Shown: one piece after another, positions 13,695 through 26,110 of the stretch
Layout of the letters: each line of letters starts with the position of its first letter
Numbering within the stretch: the first letter of the stretch is position 1
Assembly (NCBI RefSeq): GCF_030435755.1
Contig: NC_080855.1
Location: 24,658,445 to 24,722,444 of the forward strand
Source: Ochotona princeps
Lineage: Eukaryota
Length of the DNA stretch: 64,000 bases
Direction: 5' to 3'
Translations under genes and position numbers: made by a program
Notes under the pieces: model-generated
The model's database searches: none
What the model saw: the letters and a program-made list of their open reading frames with translations, nothing else
What the model was told of the DNA's origin: nothing

Positions 13695-14080
13695 ATGTAT
13701 TTACTTCAGTAAAAAGGCAAAGCAATAGAGAAAGAGAAAGACATCAAATGATCTTTGATCTGCTGGCTTACTCCCCAAAGGGCTGCAATAACGGGCTGGG
13801 CCAGGCTGGGGTGAAGCCTGGAACCAGGAACCCCAAACAGCTCTCCCCTGTGGGTGCAGGGATGCAAGCCCTTGGGCCCTCTCCTGCTGCTTTCCAGGCA
13901 TCCCCTAAGGGTGCTGCTTGCTCCAATTCCCTGCTGTTCCACTTGCCATCCAGCTCCCTGCTAATACACCTGGGAAAGCAGCAGAGGATGGCCCAAGTGT
14001 TTGGGTCTATGCACCCACCTGGGAGGCCCAGAAGAAGCTCCAGGCTGCGGGCTTCATTTCTTGTAGGTGCTGTTCTGAGG
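13695..14080. repeat. two abutting SINE fragments (minus, then plus)
   Basis: minus-orientation 5' block then plus-orientation ..ccacttgccatccagctccctgctaatacacctgggaaagcag.. Confidence 0.55.
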
Positions 14081-16429
14081 GCTTTCCAGGTGTGTGCTGA
14101 ACAGGTGCTGTGCCACAAGGAGATGGAGGCTTCGGGAGGGCTGTGGCCTGGGTGGGTGAGCGTCAGAATCTCCCATCTTAGCATTCAGATTGAGCGGCCC
14201 TTCCCTCACCTTAAGGGCAGTGTGGAGTGAGCCCTCAGTCACCTTGCCCGTCTTACCGTAATTCCCTGCTTCCTTGAGCCTGCAGCAAATGACCTTGCAC
14301 TCCTGGGTTGGATGTCCCGGATGGCACCTTCCTGATGCCCCACAAACACACAGGCTGGTTTGTTCCGCTCTGAATCAGAACTGCTGGAACTCAGTCACTG
14401 AAATGTTGTGATTTGTATTCCTGCTTTACATCCCTGCACTGACATTAAAAAAATCCATGCATGAAAAAAAAAAAATCCACACATGTGTGGCAGTGGAAAA
14501 ACTGCCAAAGCTTGGTTTCTGGACTCCATTTCCCCACGGAGAGTCAGTCCCAGACTTAGGTCTCTTCCCTGGCAGGTAGTGGGGCATTGTATGTGTGTGG
14601 GAGTTCTAACTTCAGAACTACTAATTACAGGGTGAAAAATTTTTGAGAATGAAATATTGCCCATCAGAACTCCTTTGTCAGGGCACAGTCCCTGTAGGTG
14701 AGCACAAGTACCAAGGCAAAGAACAGCCCAGCCCAGCTCATGTTGGGCAGCAGCACCCACAGGCATATGTGTGGCTCAGATCTGGAGGCAGGCCAGGCTG
14801 GGCCGGTTCATAATACCCATTGGCAGATCTGAGAACCAGGATGGAGTGCAAGAGAGGCCAAGTCGGCCCACAGCACCAACCAGTTCACATTAGGGCCGGG
14901 ACTGGGAGCTAACTGCCCCAGGTTGGGAGGCATCATTTGCCAGCACAAGCTGGAATGGGGACAGACCGGGCCAGGCCAGGCTGCAGCACCTGCTGGCAAA
15001 TGCCGAGGTGAGACAGGCCATGCCAGACTGGGCCGCAGCACCCACCAGCACATGCGAGACCGTGGGGAAGGTAGCGGAGAGGGTTTTGGGGGGTGGTGAG
15101 AGGAAGTATGTGAGGCCTGGCAGGGGAATAATGGGGACTCCCTTGCTGGGACACTGCCCCTGCTGGTGAGCAGGAGAGCTGGGACTAGTGTCAAACCAGG
15201 CAGGGAACGGCTACAGCACCTGTTTACCTACATGTAAACTGGGTTAGGGGAAGACCCAGGCTAGGCTAACCGATTGTATCCATTGGGGCAGGCATGAGTC
15301 AGAATAAGGGCAGGTGGGTTGGGCTTTGTCACAGGATCAGCTTGTAAATGCTGAGACTAGGGACAAGTCCTGGCAAGTTAGACTGCAGAACCACCTGGAG
15401 AGTGCAAAGATCTGAGGCAAGGAGTTGGTCCAGTGGACAGGCTGTGGGCACGTCTTTGATGGGCTGCAACTCTCACTGGTGAACATGAGAACCAGCACTG
15501 GGGGCGGGCCTGGCATGAGTGTGGGCTGGAGAGCAGAGTTGGATGGATTGACTTAGGCTTCAATGCCCGATAATGTGTGTGAGATCTCAATGGGATGTGG
15601 GCCGATCAGACCAGTTTACTGCACATACTGGCAGGCACAGGAATAAGAGCTGGGGGCTGGTCCAGGGGTGGGGTGGAGTGGTTCCTGAGGGTCGCTCCTG
15701 CTGGGCTGCAGCTCCCCCTGGTGTACGTGAGGGCTAAGTGTGTGGTTGGCAGCGTTGGGCTGAGCCACAGTACTCACTGGTTTATAAGAGGAAAGCGGGC
15801 AGAACAAATTGATTAACTATCCCAGAGCATTTTGACAGCAAATCTCTGCTCAAATAGAGACTCAGAGGTGGACTGTGTCAGCCAATTGACCTTGGAAGGA
15901 TTTCTTCATCCTTGGAGCAGCGATATTAACAGCTTCTCAGAACTATAAAAACCACATGAGCAGAACCCTCAGAAAATGCTCCACAACAGGGACACTGGGA
16001 TGACATTAGGTGGCAGTTCCCCATCCCCCACATGGTCTCAGCTCCCTCACCTATCTGTGAGTGTGGTGATCCATTCCGTGGAAGCCTCCAGAAGTCACTC
16101 CTTCCTTGTCAAACATGCCCTCCACTGCTCCCACTCCAACATGTTCCAGGTTCCCTTCCCTGGGCAATTGGCAGATCACTCCCACCTAAGGGCTGGGGTG
16201 GCACAGCCTGGCCAGACATTCCCTGCATTCCCCACATGCCTTGGATTCAAAAATAGAATCAACAACTATGCTGGTACACTGGTAGAGTTAGCCTTAACCA
16301 GGTCCAGAATGCCCACCAGCAAAGGGCTGCTCTTCTCCAAGCCATGTAACTTCCCGAGGTACAAAGAAACCTTAGCTGTTGCCTACAGCTGGGGGTCTTC
16401 TTTAGTTTATTTTAATGAACTAATCTTAA

Positions 16430-16960
16430 ACAGAGTTAAGAAAGAAAAATCTTCCATCTGCCAGTTCACTCCTCAATTGCCTTCATAGTCAGAGCTGGGC
16501 TAGTCCCAGGTCAGGAGCCAGGAGCTTGTTCTGGGTCTCCTGCACTGGGGCAGGAGCCAGGGACTTGAGCCATCCTCGCTGCTTTCCCAGGTCATAAGCA
16601 GGGAGCTGCATCACAAGTGGAGCAGCCTGGACGCAACCAGCACCTCGATGGGATGTCGGTCCTTGCAGGTAGAGGATTAGCCTGTGGAACCACCACACTG
16701 GCCCCAAAGGTTTATTGCTTTGTAACATTTTTTTGGTTCTTTTGAAAGACACCAAGAGAGGGGCAGACAGAGCTCACCCAGCTGCCGTCTTATTCCTCAA
16801 ATGAGTGCACCAGCCAGGAAGGGGTCAGACCAAAGCCCAGGCCTCAGAACTTAATCCCATGGGTGGGGGGTCAGGCCCCAGGTACTTGAGGCCATTGCCT
16901 GCTGTTTCCCAGCGTGCACACTGGAAGCCACCAGGAATGGGAGGAGGAGCTGGGCAAGGA
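16430..16960 (-). repeat. two consecutive C-repeat SINE copies, minus orientation
   Basis: SINE consensus blocks repeated twice. Confidence 0.65.
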
Positions 16961-17224
16961 CCCCTGTCCCTCAGCCCTGGGCTGCGGGCGTTGCAAGCAG
17001 CAGAGCACCTGTCTCTGTGCTTGTCTGTTGATGCCGGTCCCCTAGTTTCCTGGGGGTGTCCGTGACAGCCACCAGAGATGAGATTACCCTGAGATGTCCC
17101 TTATCTCCACCGCTGAAGTGCTGAAGTGGAAAGGGGGCATTGGGATAGGGACAGTGGTTGGGGACCACTGAGGCCTTGAGTTGAAGGAAAGGTCGGGCTA
17201 GGTGGAAGAAGACTTCACGTCCTG

Positions 17225-17465
17225 CAGGCTCCAACGATGGTGGGGCTGGCACTGCGGAAGCCACCTGCTTCCACAGCTCCAGTTCAAGTCCCCACTGTCC
17301 CACCACTTCCCACCCAGCTCCTTGCTTCTGGCCTAGGAAGGCAGTGGAGGAAGGCTCAAGGCCTTGGACCCCTACACCCATGAGGGAGACCCAGATGAAA
17401 TCCCTGGCTTCAACCTAATCGTTGCAACCACTGGGAAAGTAAACCTGTGGAAGAGAGATTGTTTT
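17225..17465 (+). repeat. C-repeat SINE fragment, plus orientation
   Basis: ..cccagctccttgcttctggcctaggaaggcagtggagga.. Confidence 0.55.
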
Positions 17466-18673
17466 AATTCACTGCTTAATTGCAAAAAGCCAAGGATGGT
17501 TGTGCAAGCAGGTGGTGAGGAGAAAGGAACAGCCGTCCCTGTGGGCAACATCACCAGTTTCTGCCACTGTCCCCGGGGGCACTGGAGTGTGAGCCTTGGG
17601 AACACAGCAGTGCTGATGTGGGACACACAGCTAGCAGGTGGATGAGTCACCCTTGGGGAAGCTGGGGTGGGGGAGGTGGCTCCCGCTCCTGGGCCACAAA
17701 CACTGAGCGAGCCCCGCAGAGTGGGAATGGGATAGCCCTGGCCTAGGCGCTGCCCCTCAAATGTGGCCCGACCTGGAGAGAATGAGGCTCACAGGGACGG
17801 GCTGCAATGTCGGGGAGTTGGTGGGAGGGGAGGACAAGGGTTCTGAAAGAGAGGACTTCGTATTACAGTGTGCCAACAGCCTCATTCAGCAAGGGCTCAC
17901 TGACCCATTTTGCAGATGGGAAGCAAGCTCCAAGTTCAAGGTACCCTCCCTAGCCACACCTGAGCGAGCCCAAGGCCTTTTAGCCTCCTTGTCAGCCACA
18001 TGCATGCCTGGCTGCCAGCCCTTGTGAACACTGCTGGGTGATTCTCCTACTACAAGGCCCCTTCGGGTGCTGCGGGAGGATGAACAGGGTACCCGCTCCT
18101 GTGGTGCTCCCGCAGAGCCCAGAGCAAGCAATTCAAGGGTGTTTTGGGGGTTCCTGTTCCTAAGCTCCTGGACGGGGTCTTTTCTCCATGCTGACTTCCC
18201 CACCAGAGAAGCCTCCAGTGCAGGAGATTGGCCCGGAGGGGGGTGGGGGGGAGCGGCGCAAGTTCCTGAATTAGCACCTGTGGGCTGCTATTGTGCGATG
18301 CGGCCAGCAGGTGGCGCGGAAGGAGGCTCCGAGGCTGCGGTGGGCTGGGACTGCGAGGGCCGGCTTCCTGGAGGAATGGGCGGACAGTGGGATGCTGCCG
18401 GCAAGGGAGCAGTCCCAGAGGCTTGGGCCAGGCAGGTTCCTTCCTCCCACCCGTGGCATCATCTCCTTTTGCCAAATGGAGGGCCGGCGTGCTGGCTCTG
18501 CGACTTGGGCATCTCACTGCTCCCCTCCCCGTTTCTGCTCTCTGCACGGATGCCCCGTATTTTCTAGCAGCGATCTAGAGGCTTCAAGGGTGCTGTTCCT
18601 TGCCCTCTTAGCTCGTCGGAGCCGCGGGCCGCACAGAAAGTGGAGACAGGCTCAGCAGCTTGGAGCAGTGGCT

Positions 18674-18679
18674 TTTATT
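18674..18679 (-). terminator. MVP: MVP polyadenylation signal (AATAAA on minus strand)
   Basis: plus-strand tttatt about 60 nt downstream of the MVP stop codon. Confidence 0.6.
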
Positions 18680-18734
18680 TGTCGGCCACTAGAGCTGCAG
18701 CCAGCCAAGGCAGGAGGTGAGTGCTCCCGGGAGC

Positions 18735-18923
18735 CTAGGAAGCAGGCGGTGATGGGGGAAGCGCGCCCTCCTGCTGGCGGGGCCCACTGGCCGCCATGCT
18801 AGTTGGGGGCTGGCCGTTGTTGCCCAGTCCCAGCAGACCGTAGGCTGTGTTGAAGAGGTTGATAGGAGTGGAGCCGTCGGTGATGAGCGTGGATTTCAGG
18901 CCCAGGGATTGGAGCAGTTTGAC
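18735..18923 (-). CDS. MVP: MVP terminal coding exon ([44 protein letters not shown], stop TAG 18735-18737)
   Basis: ORF track 18735..19154; acceptor ttccag|GTC; matches human MVP ..[32 protein letters not shown].. Confidence 0.8.
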   Translation of the reverse strand, partial: VKLLQSLGLKSTLITDGSTPINLFNTAYGLLGLGNNGQPPTSMAASGPRQQEGALPPSPPAS

Positions 18924-19190
18924 CTGGAAGAAGGGAGTGGGGTGCAGGGAGGCAGATGAGAAACTGCAGCCACAGTGGCTGGCTACTCTGCTCCTGTCTG
19001 CCAGCACCACATCAGGGATGGCCTCTTTGTACCAAAAGAGCTGCACTGCTGCCGCCCCTTTCATCTTACAGCCCTGCCTGGTTTTCTTGGCCTGTTGGTT
19101 TCTTGTCTCTCCTAAGAGCTGCAGCAGGACACCGTTCCCCAGCTTCACCCCCACCAGATGTTTCTGATGGTGTGTTTGCCTTCCTGATCA

Positions 19191-19439
<249 letters not shown>

Positions 19440-19715
19440 TTAGGTCATGTGGCCTCTGGGAGCTGTCCAGCACGTCACCCTGGCCAGCAGGCTAGGGGTG
19501 TATGTGTGTCAGTGTGTGTGGGGGTGGGGTGGGGAGGGAAACTGAGGCAGCCAGCTTGCAGACAGTTGGTGTTGCATCCGGGCTATGCCACCGCTTAGCC
19601 TGTGTGAGTGTCTGAGCTTACAGCCTGACATCAGGGCATCTGGTGTCCCCCTCCAGCGATGCAGCCACCCCAGACCCCAAGGCCGTGTCCCGCCCCCCCT
19701 TGCCCCGCCACTTGC

Positions 19716-19842
19716 CGTCTCAATGGCCAAGGCCTGTGCCTTCAGCTTGGCCTGCAGCACGGAGCCTTCGCCCTCGATGCGTGCTGCCTCGGCGCGGGAC
19801 TCAGCCTCTGCCTTGGCAGTGCCAGTACTCTCCACTGCCATG
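19716..19842 (-). CDS. MVP: MVP exon ([42 protein letters not shown]), followed by a GC donor
   Basis: ORF track 19509..19982; acceptor ccacag|C; exon ends ..GAGACG|GCAAGT, so the intron is of the GC-AG class. Confidence 0.75.
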
Positions 19843-19916
19843 CTGTGGGAGCAGGAAGAGGCGGTCAACGCTGCGAGGAAGCCCTCCCCTGTGGCCTTGG
19901 GGCCTGCTGCCACAGC

Positions 19917-19940
19917 GCGCGCACACACACACACACAGAT
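19917..19940. repeat. (CA)n microsatellite in an MVP intron
   Basis: cacacacacacacaca run. Confidence 0.8.
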
Positions 19941-20028
19941 GAACACATATTCAGATACACAACTACACCGACACATACACAAGCCCCCCGCTGCCCGCGA
20001 CCCCTCGCGCCCCGTGCTCCCTGTTCAC

Positions 20029-20145
20029 CTCAGGGCTTCCAGCTCTAGCAGCTCCTTACGGGCCTTCTCAGCTTCCGACTGGTCCAGGATCTTCTGTCTC
20101 TCCAGCCGGCCCCGGGCCTCCTGCTCTAGCCTTTGTGCCTCATGC
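20029..20145 (-). CDS. MVP: MVP exon ([38 protein letters not shown])
   Basis: acceptor ctgcag|G; donor CTGAG|gtgaac; frame continuous with flanking exons. Confidence 0.75.
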
Positions 20146-20805
20146 CTGCAGGAGGGGGCATAGAGACCAGGGCTTGGGCCAGGAGTACAGGGGCGCAGAG
20201 GCCAGGGCTAGGCTGGGCATGGGGCGTGGGCCCGCCAATCCTCTAAGATGGCTGGGGGTGGCACCCTGAGAAGGCCCTCAATGTGGGACTCAGGTCAGGA
20301 GAGAACAGGTAGTCCATGGTCAAGGCCACCGTGGTCACACTCATGACCTTCCTGGGTGAGTGGCACATCCAAGGCAGTAAGATGGGCAGGTGATGGGGTA
20401 AGGTGGGAGAAGAGGGCGCTCCAGCAGTTGTGGGAGAAAGGAAGAGCTCCCCAGGGAGGAGGAGGAGATGGCAGTAGAGGCTGGCAGGGGAAGGACATGC
20501 TGCAGGGGGGAGAGCTTGTGGGGGCAGAGGGAACCGGCAGTGCAGAGGCAAAGGCAAGATAGGCTGTGCATGTGGGAAGCAGGAGGGAGCTGGGGGCGGC
20601 GGCAGGGCTGCAAGGTGGGGGACAGGGGGACCAGGGACACAGCTGGGCTGTGGCATGAGCAGGGTGGGCGGCCCCTAGGATGCACACTCGCTAGTGCATG
20701 GCAGAGGCGAGGAGACCTGCAGGCCATGCAGGGCTGTGAGGGTGTGGTAGCACAGAGCGGGGCAGCATGGTTGCAGGGCAGCAGGATCCCCCGGCCCACA
20801 CTCAC

Positions 20806-21192
20806 TTGGCCGCGGCCTCCTGGGAGTTGGTGGTGATCTCGATGGCCAGCTGGACACTGCGCTGCAGGGCGTCCCGTGTCCTCTGGTCCACAGGCTCCAC
20901 CGACTGCACATCCACGCTGCTGACCACCAGCCCATTCTGGGGAAAGACAGCCCGGTCCCGGGGCCTGGGCAGGGCTATGCCATCCGGGCCCTTGGCTTCG
21001 TTTGTCTCGAAGCCGAAGACGGCGGTGCGGATGATGCGTGCCGAGTTCTTGTGGAAGTCATCGAAGGTGACGGAAGCCACGGCGCCCCGCACCCGGGACG
21101 CGATGGCTTTGCAGGCATCCCCCACGAAGTCGGGCACAGAGAAGAGTTTGGCCATCTCCTGGGGGTCCTTCCGGTCGCTCAGCTCGAAGTGC
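20806..21192 (-). CDS. MVP: MVP exon ([77 protein letters not shown])
   Basis: ORF track 20802..21215; acceptor ctcccag|G; donor GCCAA|gtgagt. Confidence 0.8.
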
Positions 21193-21349
21193 CTGGGAGC
21201 AGAGGGGCCCAGCATGACTGTTTTCCTATGGTTACTACATTCCTGGGGCCAGCATCATGTAGCCTGGCCAGTTATGGCCAGTTATCTATGACCCCTCCTA
21301 CAGACATAACCACCACTGCGGGGGCACTGACATCTCCTATGGGAATGCC

Positions 21350-21550
21350 CCATTGAGTCCTGGCTGCTCCACTTCCCATCCAGCTTCCTGCTAAGGCACC
21401 TGCATGGTCCAAGTGTTCAGGCCCCTGCCACCCCTACATCGAGACCTGGATGGAGTTCCAGGCTCCTGGCTTTGGCCTGGCCCAGCCATGGCTGGAGTGG
21501 TCATTTGGAGACTCAGTCAGCAAATGGAAGACCTCTCTCTGCCTTAAGGC
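21350..21550 (+). repeat. C-repeat SINE fragment, plus orientation
   Basis: ..ctccacttcccatccagcttcctgctaaggcacctg.. Confidence 0.6.
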
Positions 21551-21984
21551 AGGACTCACATGTCTATCCTGTGTGTGGGGGCAGGGACCCTTACAACAGG
21601 GGATGCTAATTTTGCTTACAGGGTCTGAGGAACATAACCCATGTTCCCATAAATCCTTTTGGCAACCCTAGGCAATGGGAGGATGAGCAGAGGGGACAAG
21701 AGACCAACAGTTAAGCTGGGATCTGTGGGGTGTTTTGGGGGGTGCCTGCCCTCCTGGTTCTCCCCTTGCTTCCCCTTGACTGTGGCCTTGAGTCAGATCC
21801 GCCAGCTTCAGCAGGTGCTGCTAAGATCTGCATGTGGGCAGCTGACAGGCCCCCGTGGTGCCCATGGGTCTGGGCACCTCGCCTTGGCCACAGCAAACGG
21901 GTATCCAGGAACCCAGCGGCCATGACTTCAGGAGGCCTCTAATCCTCGGGGCACCCCCCCCCCACCCCAAGCCCTATGCCTCAC

Positions 21985-22182
21985 CAGTTATAGGCCAGCT
22001 GCAGCTGCAGCCGGGCGTGGTCGGCCGTCTCGATGGTGATGACGTCGGTGAAGAAGTCAGGTCCCAGCAGCAGGCAGAGGGCGCGACGGGCATGTGGACG
22101 CTTGGGCCGGCCGGCCGACAGGGACAACACGGTGAATTGCTCCTCCGGACCCAGTGACACCAGCTCGGGCCCAAAGACCACG
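21985..22182 (-). CDS. MVP: MVP exon ([65 protein letters not shown])
   Basis: ORF track 21981..22181; acceptor ctgcag|C; donor AACTG|gtgagg. Confidence 0.8.
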
Positions 22183-22290
22183 CTGCAGGGGGTGGACGGG
22201 CAGTCAGCCAGTCATGCCCACTGGTTCCCCGCCTCCCCCGGACCCTGCTTGCTCGGCGGGGGGGTGGGGGGGAGGCAGACAGCTCCTCAC

Positions 22291-22535
22291 CGAGCTCGCT
22301 TCTCCCTGTAGTCATACACTTGTACCGCTGCATTGTGAGGCACGCGGTAGCTGACCACGCGGGTCTTGTTTCGGAGCCCTAGGGGCGGATGGGGCTTGGG
22401 AATGGCCGTCTGGCCCCTGTCGGCCAGAGGGTCCTGCCCCTTATTCAGCAGCTCCTCCACTCCGGGGGGCAGCTCCTTGTCCCACAGGATCTCGTCCTGG
22501 GTCAGCATGTAGGTGCTTCCAATCACAGCGCGAAC
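22291..22535 (-). CDS. MVP: MVP exon ([51 protein letters not shown])
   Basis: ORF track 22287..22526; acceptor tctcag|GTT; donor GCTCG|gtgagg. Confidence 0.8.
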
Positions 22536-23580
22536 CTGAGAAGAAGAAACCAGAGAGAGATGGCGCTAGTGAAGTGGGAGTCCAGGGAGACCTGGGCACG
22601 GGGCTTCAGGTAGAACTTCCTGTTTGCCACCTGCTGGCTCCGTGGTCTTGGGAAAGCTGTTTGAGCCCTGGGCTTCAGTTGCCTCATCTGTGAGATGGAC
22701 ACTTTAGTAGCTCGCTCAGGGGCCAGAGTGGGGCAGTGAGGAAGGGGCTGCTTGGGACGCCCTCATTTTGCGTTCAACAGCTGACACCAGTCCTGGCTAC
22801 TCCTCACTTCAGATCCAATTTCCGGCTAACGTGCCAGAGATGGCAGCAAGTGGTGACCTAAGTCCCTGAGTCCCCCATCACCCCTGTGGAAGACCCAGCT
22901 GGAGTTCCTAGTTGCTTGTTTTGGGTCGGCCCAGGCCTGGCTGCCGTCTCTCTCTCTCTCTCTCCAGTGCAATCTCAAGGGGCTAAGCAATGAATGTCAT
23001 TTGCATGAGGGGTTCAAAGAATAGCACTTGGCATCTAGTGAGTACATGATACCATTCTTTCTAGAACCTTCCTTCATGAGGCAGACACAATCCCAGGAAG
23101 TAAGTGGGACACACTCCCTGCTTGGCAGACCTTCTCATGTGTCCCCCCCAACCTAGCAATCCCACTCCAAGGTTAAACCCAGAAGAAACATTGGCCTGTG
23201 TCCAACAGGAGGTCCCATGAACAAATGCTTAGCCCAGACGCCCAGGAACATGGGAGGTCGGGTAAAACAGACCACAGTCACCCATCACACAGCTCCCTGG
23301 GCTCCATGGAGAGGAGGACGGATGCAGCCCAGGTCAGACCAAGGTCAGGACTCAGGCACCAGGGAAGGGGCCACAAAGGGGGACACACCTACAGGCCCAG
23401 GGTCAACTTCACCCAGCCCACCCTCTCTGTTGATTTGAGACCATGGGGACAGGATGGCCAGTGTTCCCTGCAATGCTCTCAGGCCCACCAGCCACCCACC
23501 CTGCTGCTACCATGGAGAGACGGTTGGTGTCCCCTCCCCCTGCTCCATCAGCATCAACCCCGCCCCTCCCCAACTGTTAC

Positions 23581-23862
23581 CTTCCCAGTTTTGACATCTT
23601 GCACGTAAATGCCCTCATTTTCGTCCAGGGGGATGGCTTGGCGCTCTTCTACCACTTCCACCTTGGCGGACGGCACATACTCCAGAGGCCCGCGGATAAG
23701 CCAGCGGTCCCCGGCCTGGCGGGAGATCCTGTCGGTGCCTTCACCCTCCTCCAGGGGCTGCAGGGCCCGCAGCAGCAGCCCCTGCTGCTCCGAAAGCACG
23801 TACACATCCTGAATGCCTCGCTCCAGCCTCTCCCCGGGCTGCAGGAAGAAGGACTTCTCGCC
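23581..23862 (-). CDS. MVP: MVP exon ([52 protein letters not shown])
   Basis: ORF track 23554..23943; acceptor caccag|GGC; donor AAG|gtgaca. Confidence 0.8.
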
Positions 23863-24119
23863 CTGGTGGGGAGACACAGGTGCAGTTAGAAGCAGGTGCC
23901 ATCTGGAGTTGCAAGGTGTCCCCTCTCCCCAGCTCCATGGCACTTCCCGGGCTGTCCCAGAAAGTAGCCCCCAGACCCAACCACACTAGAACCCCAAGGA
24001 GTCCCTCTGGACGACAGGGGTCTCTGCAGATCCACACAGGCTCTCACGGGGGTCCAACGTGAAGAGTTTGTACCTCGTGGGGACCCACGTCCTCAAACCC
24101 ACAGTGAGGCCCGAGCCTG

Positions 24120-24410
24120 CCAGTGGGGTGGACCTCTGGCACGCTGGTTAGGATGCTGCTCAGACTGCCTGCTCCACATGCCAGCTCCTCTGCCTCTGAA
24201 CCGGCTTCCAGCACAGACACCCCGGGAGGCAGCAGGGGACAGCTCAGGTCCTGGGGTCCCTGCCACTGGGTGAACCAGTTGGAGCTCCTGGCTCCTGGCT
24301 GCAGCTTGGCCCTGCTCTGGCTGTCGTGAGCATTTGGGGAGTGAATAAACAGAAGATCTCTTTCCATCTGTCTCTGCTTTTCAAATAACACAAAAATAAG
24401 CATAATTGAA
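24120..24410 (+). repeat. C-repeat SINE, plus orientation
   Basis: SINE consensus blocks ending ..tctctgcttttcaaataacacaaaaataagc. Confidence 0.65.
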
Positions 24411-24849
24411 AAAAATTTAAATAGAAAAAGAAAGAAGAAAGAAAATATTGACCTATGTTCCTTTTCATTTTTCCCAGGTGCTGTATTCTTGGGATGGTGG
24501 AGTTTAGGCATTGGCAAATGCCAATCTTGGTGCCAAATCTGCTCCGGCCCATCTTGTGTGAATGCCCGCACGCCTGGGCCTGGGCTGTCCACAGTGGATC
24601 AATACCCGATGCCCAGCACTACAAAACAGTGTAGCATTTGCTGGGAAGAGGAGACTTCCTGCTGCCAAAAAATACATATTTTAAATATATACTTATTGAT
24701 TTGAAATGCAGAGTGCCGGAGAGTGGAATAGAGAGAGAGTGAGGGATTTTTCCATCTGATTTTCTATCTCTGTGTGTGTATGTGATGGAGAGAGAGATTG
24801 TCCACCTGTTGGCTCACTCCCCAGTTGCAGTTGGCATTGAGCTAGGCTG

Positions 24850-25130
24850 AAGCCATGGTTTGCCATACATGCATCCTGTGTTAGAGCGCTGGGTTGAGCT
24901 CCAGCTGCTCTATTTCTCATCCAGCTCCCTGTTAATGCCTCGGGAAGGCAGCAGAAACGATCCAAGTGCTTGGGCCCCGCCGCCCACGCGGGAGATCTGG
25001 AAGAACATTTTGGCTCCTGGCTTCGGCCTGGCCCAGCCCTGGCTGTTGCTGCCATTTCAGGAGTGAACCAATAGATGGAAGGTCTCTCTTCCCTCTTTCT
25101 CCCTCTGTCACTTTGCCTTTCAAGTAGAGA
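24850..25130 (+). repeat. C-repeat SINE, plus orientation
   Basis: ..ctccagctgctctatttctcatccagctccctgttaatgcc.. Confidence 0.65.
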
Positions 25131-25384
25131 AGATACATCTTCAAAAAGAAAATCAGAGAAGATGTCAAGAACTCCATGCAGGTTTCTCTGTCTTTCAAGT
25201 TGATTAAAATGAGCATTTTTTTTAAAGTCCTAAGAATTAAAAATAATGACAGGGACACAGCTCTTGTTCACACATGGTCTATGCTGCTTTTTTGAGACGG
25301 TGGTGGAGTTGAGCAATTTCAGCAGAGACCATATGGCTCACAAAGCCCAAAATAGCTGCTATCCAGCCCTCCACAGAAAGGGCT

Positions 25385-25830
25385 TGCTGGGGCGGGCGCT
25401 GTGGTACAGTGGATTAAGCCGTAGCCTGGGACGCTGGCGTCTCATAGGAGCACCAATTCAAATCGCAACTGCCCTATTTGTGCTGCAGCTCCCTGCTAAT
25501 ACAGCAGGGAGGGCAGTGGATGCTGGTCCAGGTGCTGGCCACCTGCGAGGGAGAGCTGGATGGAATTCTAGGCTCCTGCCTGCAGCACGGCTGAGCCTGA
25601 GCATCTCTGCCATTTCAGGAGTGAACTTCAGATAGAATATGGTCATCTCTCTATTTCCATCTCTTCCGAAGGGCTTGGCAGCGTGGCCTAATGGCTAAGG
25701 TCCTCGCCTTGATCCCATATGGCTGCTGGTTCTAATCCCGGCAGCTCCACTTCCTCTCTGTCTCTCCTCCTCTCAGTATATCTGACTTTGTAATAAAAAT
25801 AAAATAAATCTTTAAAAAAAATATATATAT
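25385..25830 (+). repeat. two C-repeat SINE copies, plus orientation (second internally deleted)
   Basis: ggcgggcgctgtggtacagtggattaagcc.. and gcagcgtggcctaatggctaaggtcctcgcc..ctgactttgtaataaaaataaaataaatctt. Confidence 0.65.
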
Positions 25831-25839
25831 ATATATATA

Positions 25840-26110
25840 GGAAAGGCAGATCAGATTTATGGAGAGAAGGACAGACAGAAAGATCCTCCATTTGTTGGTT
25901 CACTTCCCAAATGGCCTCAACAACCAGAGTTGAGCCAATCTGAAGCCAGGAGCTTCTTCTAGGTTCCCCACGCGGGTGCAGGGTCCCAAGGCTTTGGGCT
26001 ATCCTTGACTGCTTTCCCAGGTTACAAACAGGGAGCTGGATGGAAGCAAAGCAGCCGGCCCTTGAACAAGCACTCATTTGAGATTCTGGCACTTGCATGG
26101 TAAGGATTTA
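25840..26110 (-). repeat. C-repeat SINE, minus orientation
   Basis: ..gttggttcacttcccaaatggcctcaacaaccagagttgagccaatctgaagccaggagc.. Confidence 0.65.

Noticed and set aside
24470-24640. Possible additional SINE-like element between two C-repeats
   Set aside because: Its similarity to the C-repeat consensus is too weak to call by eye. It needs RepeatMasker.
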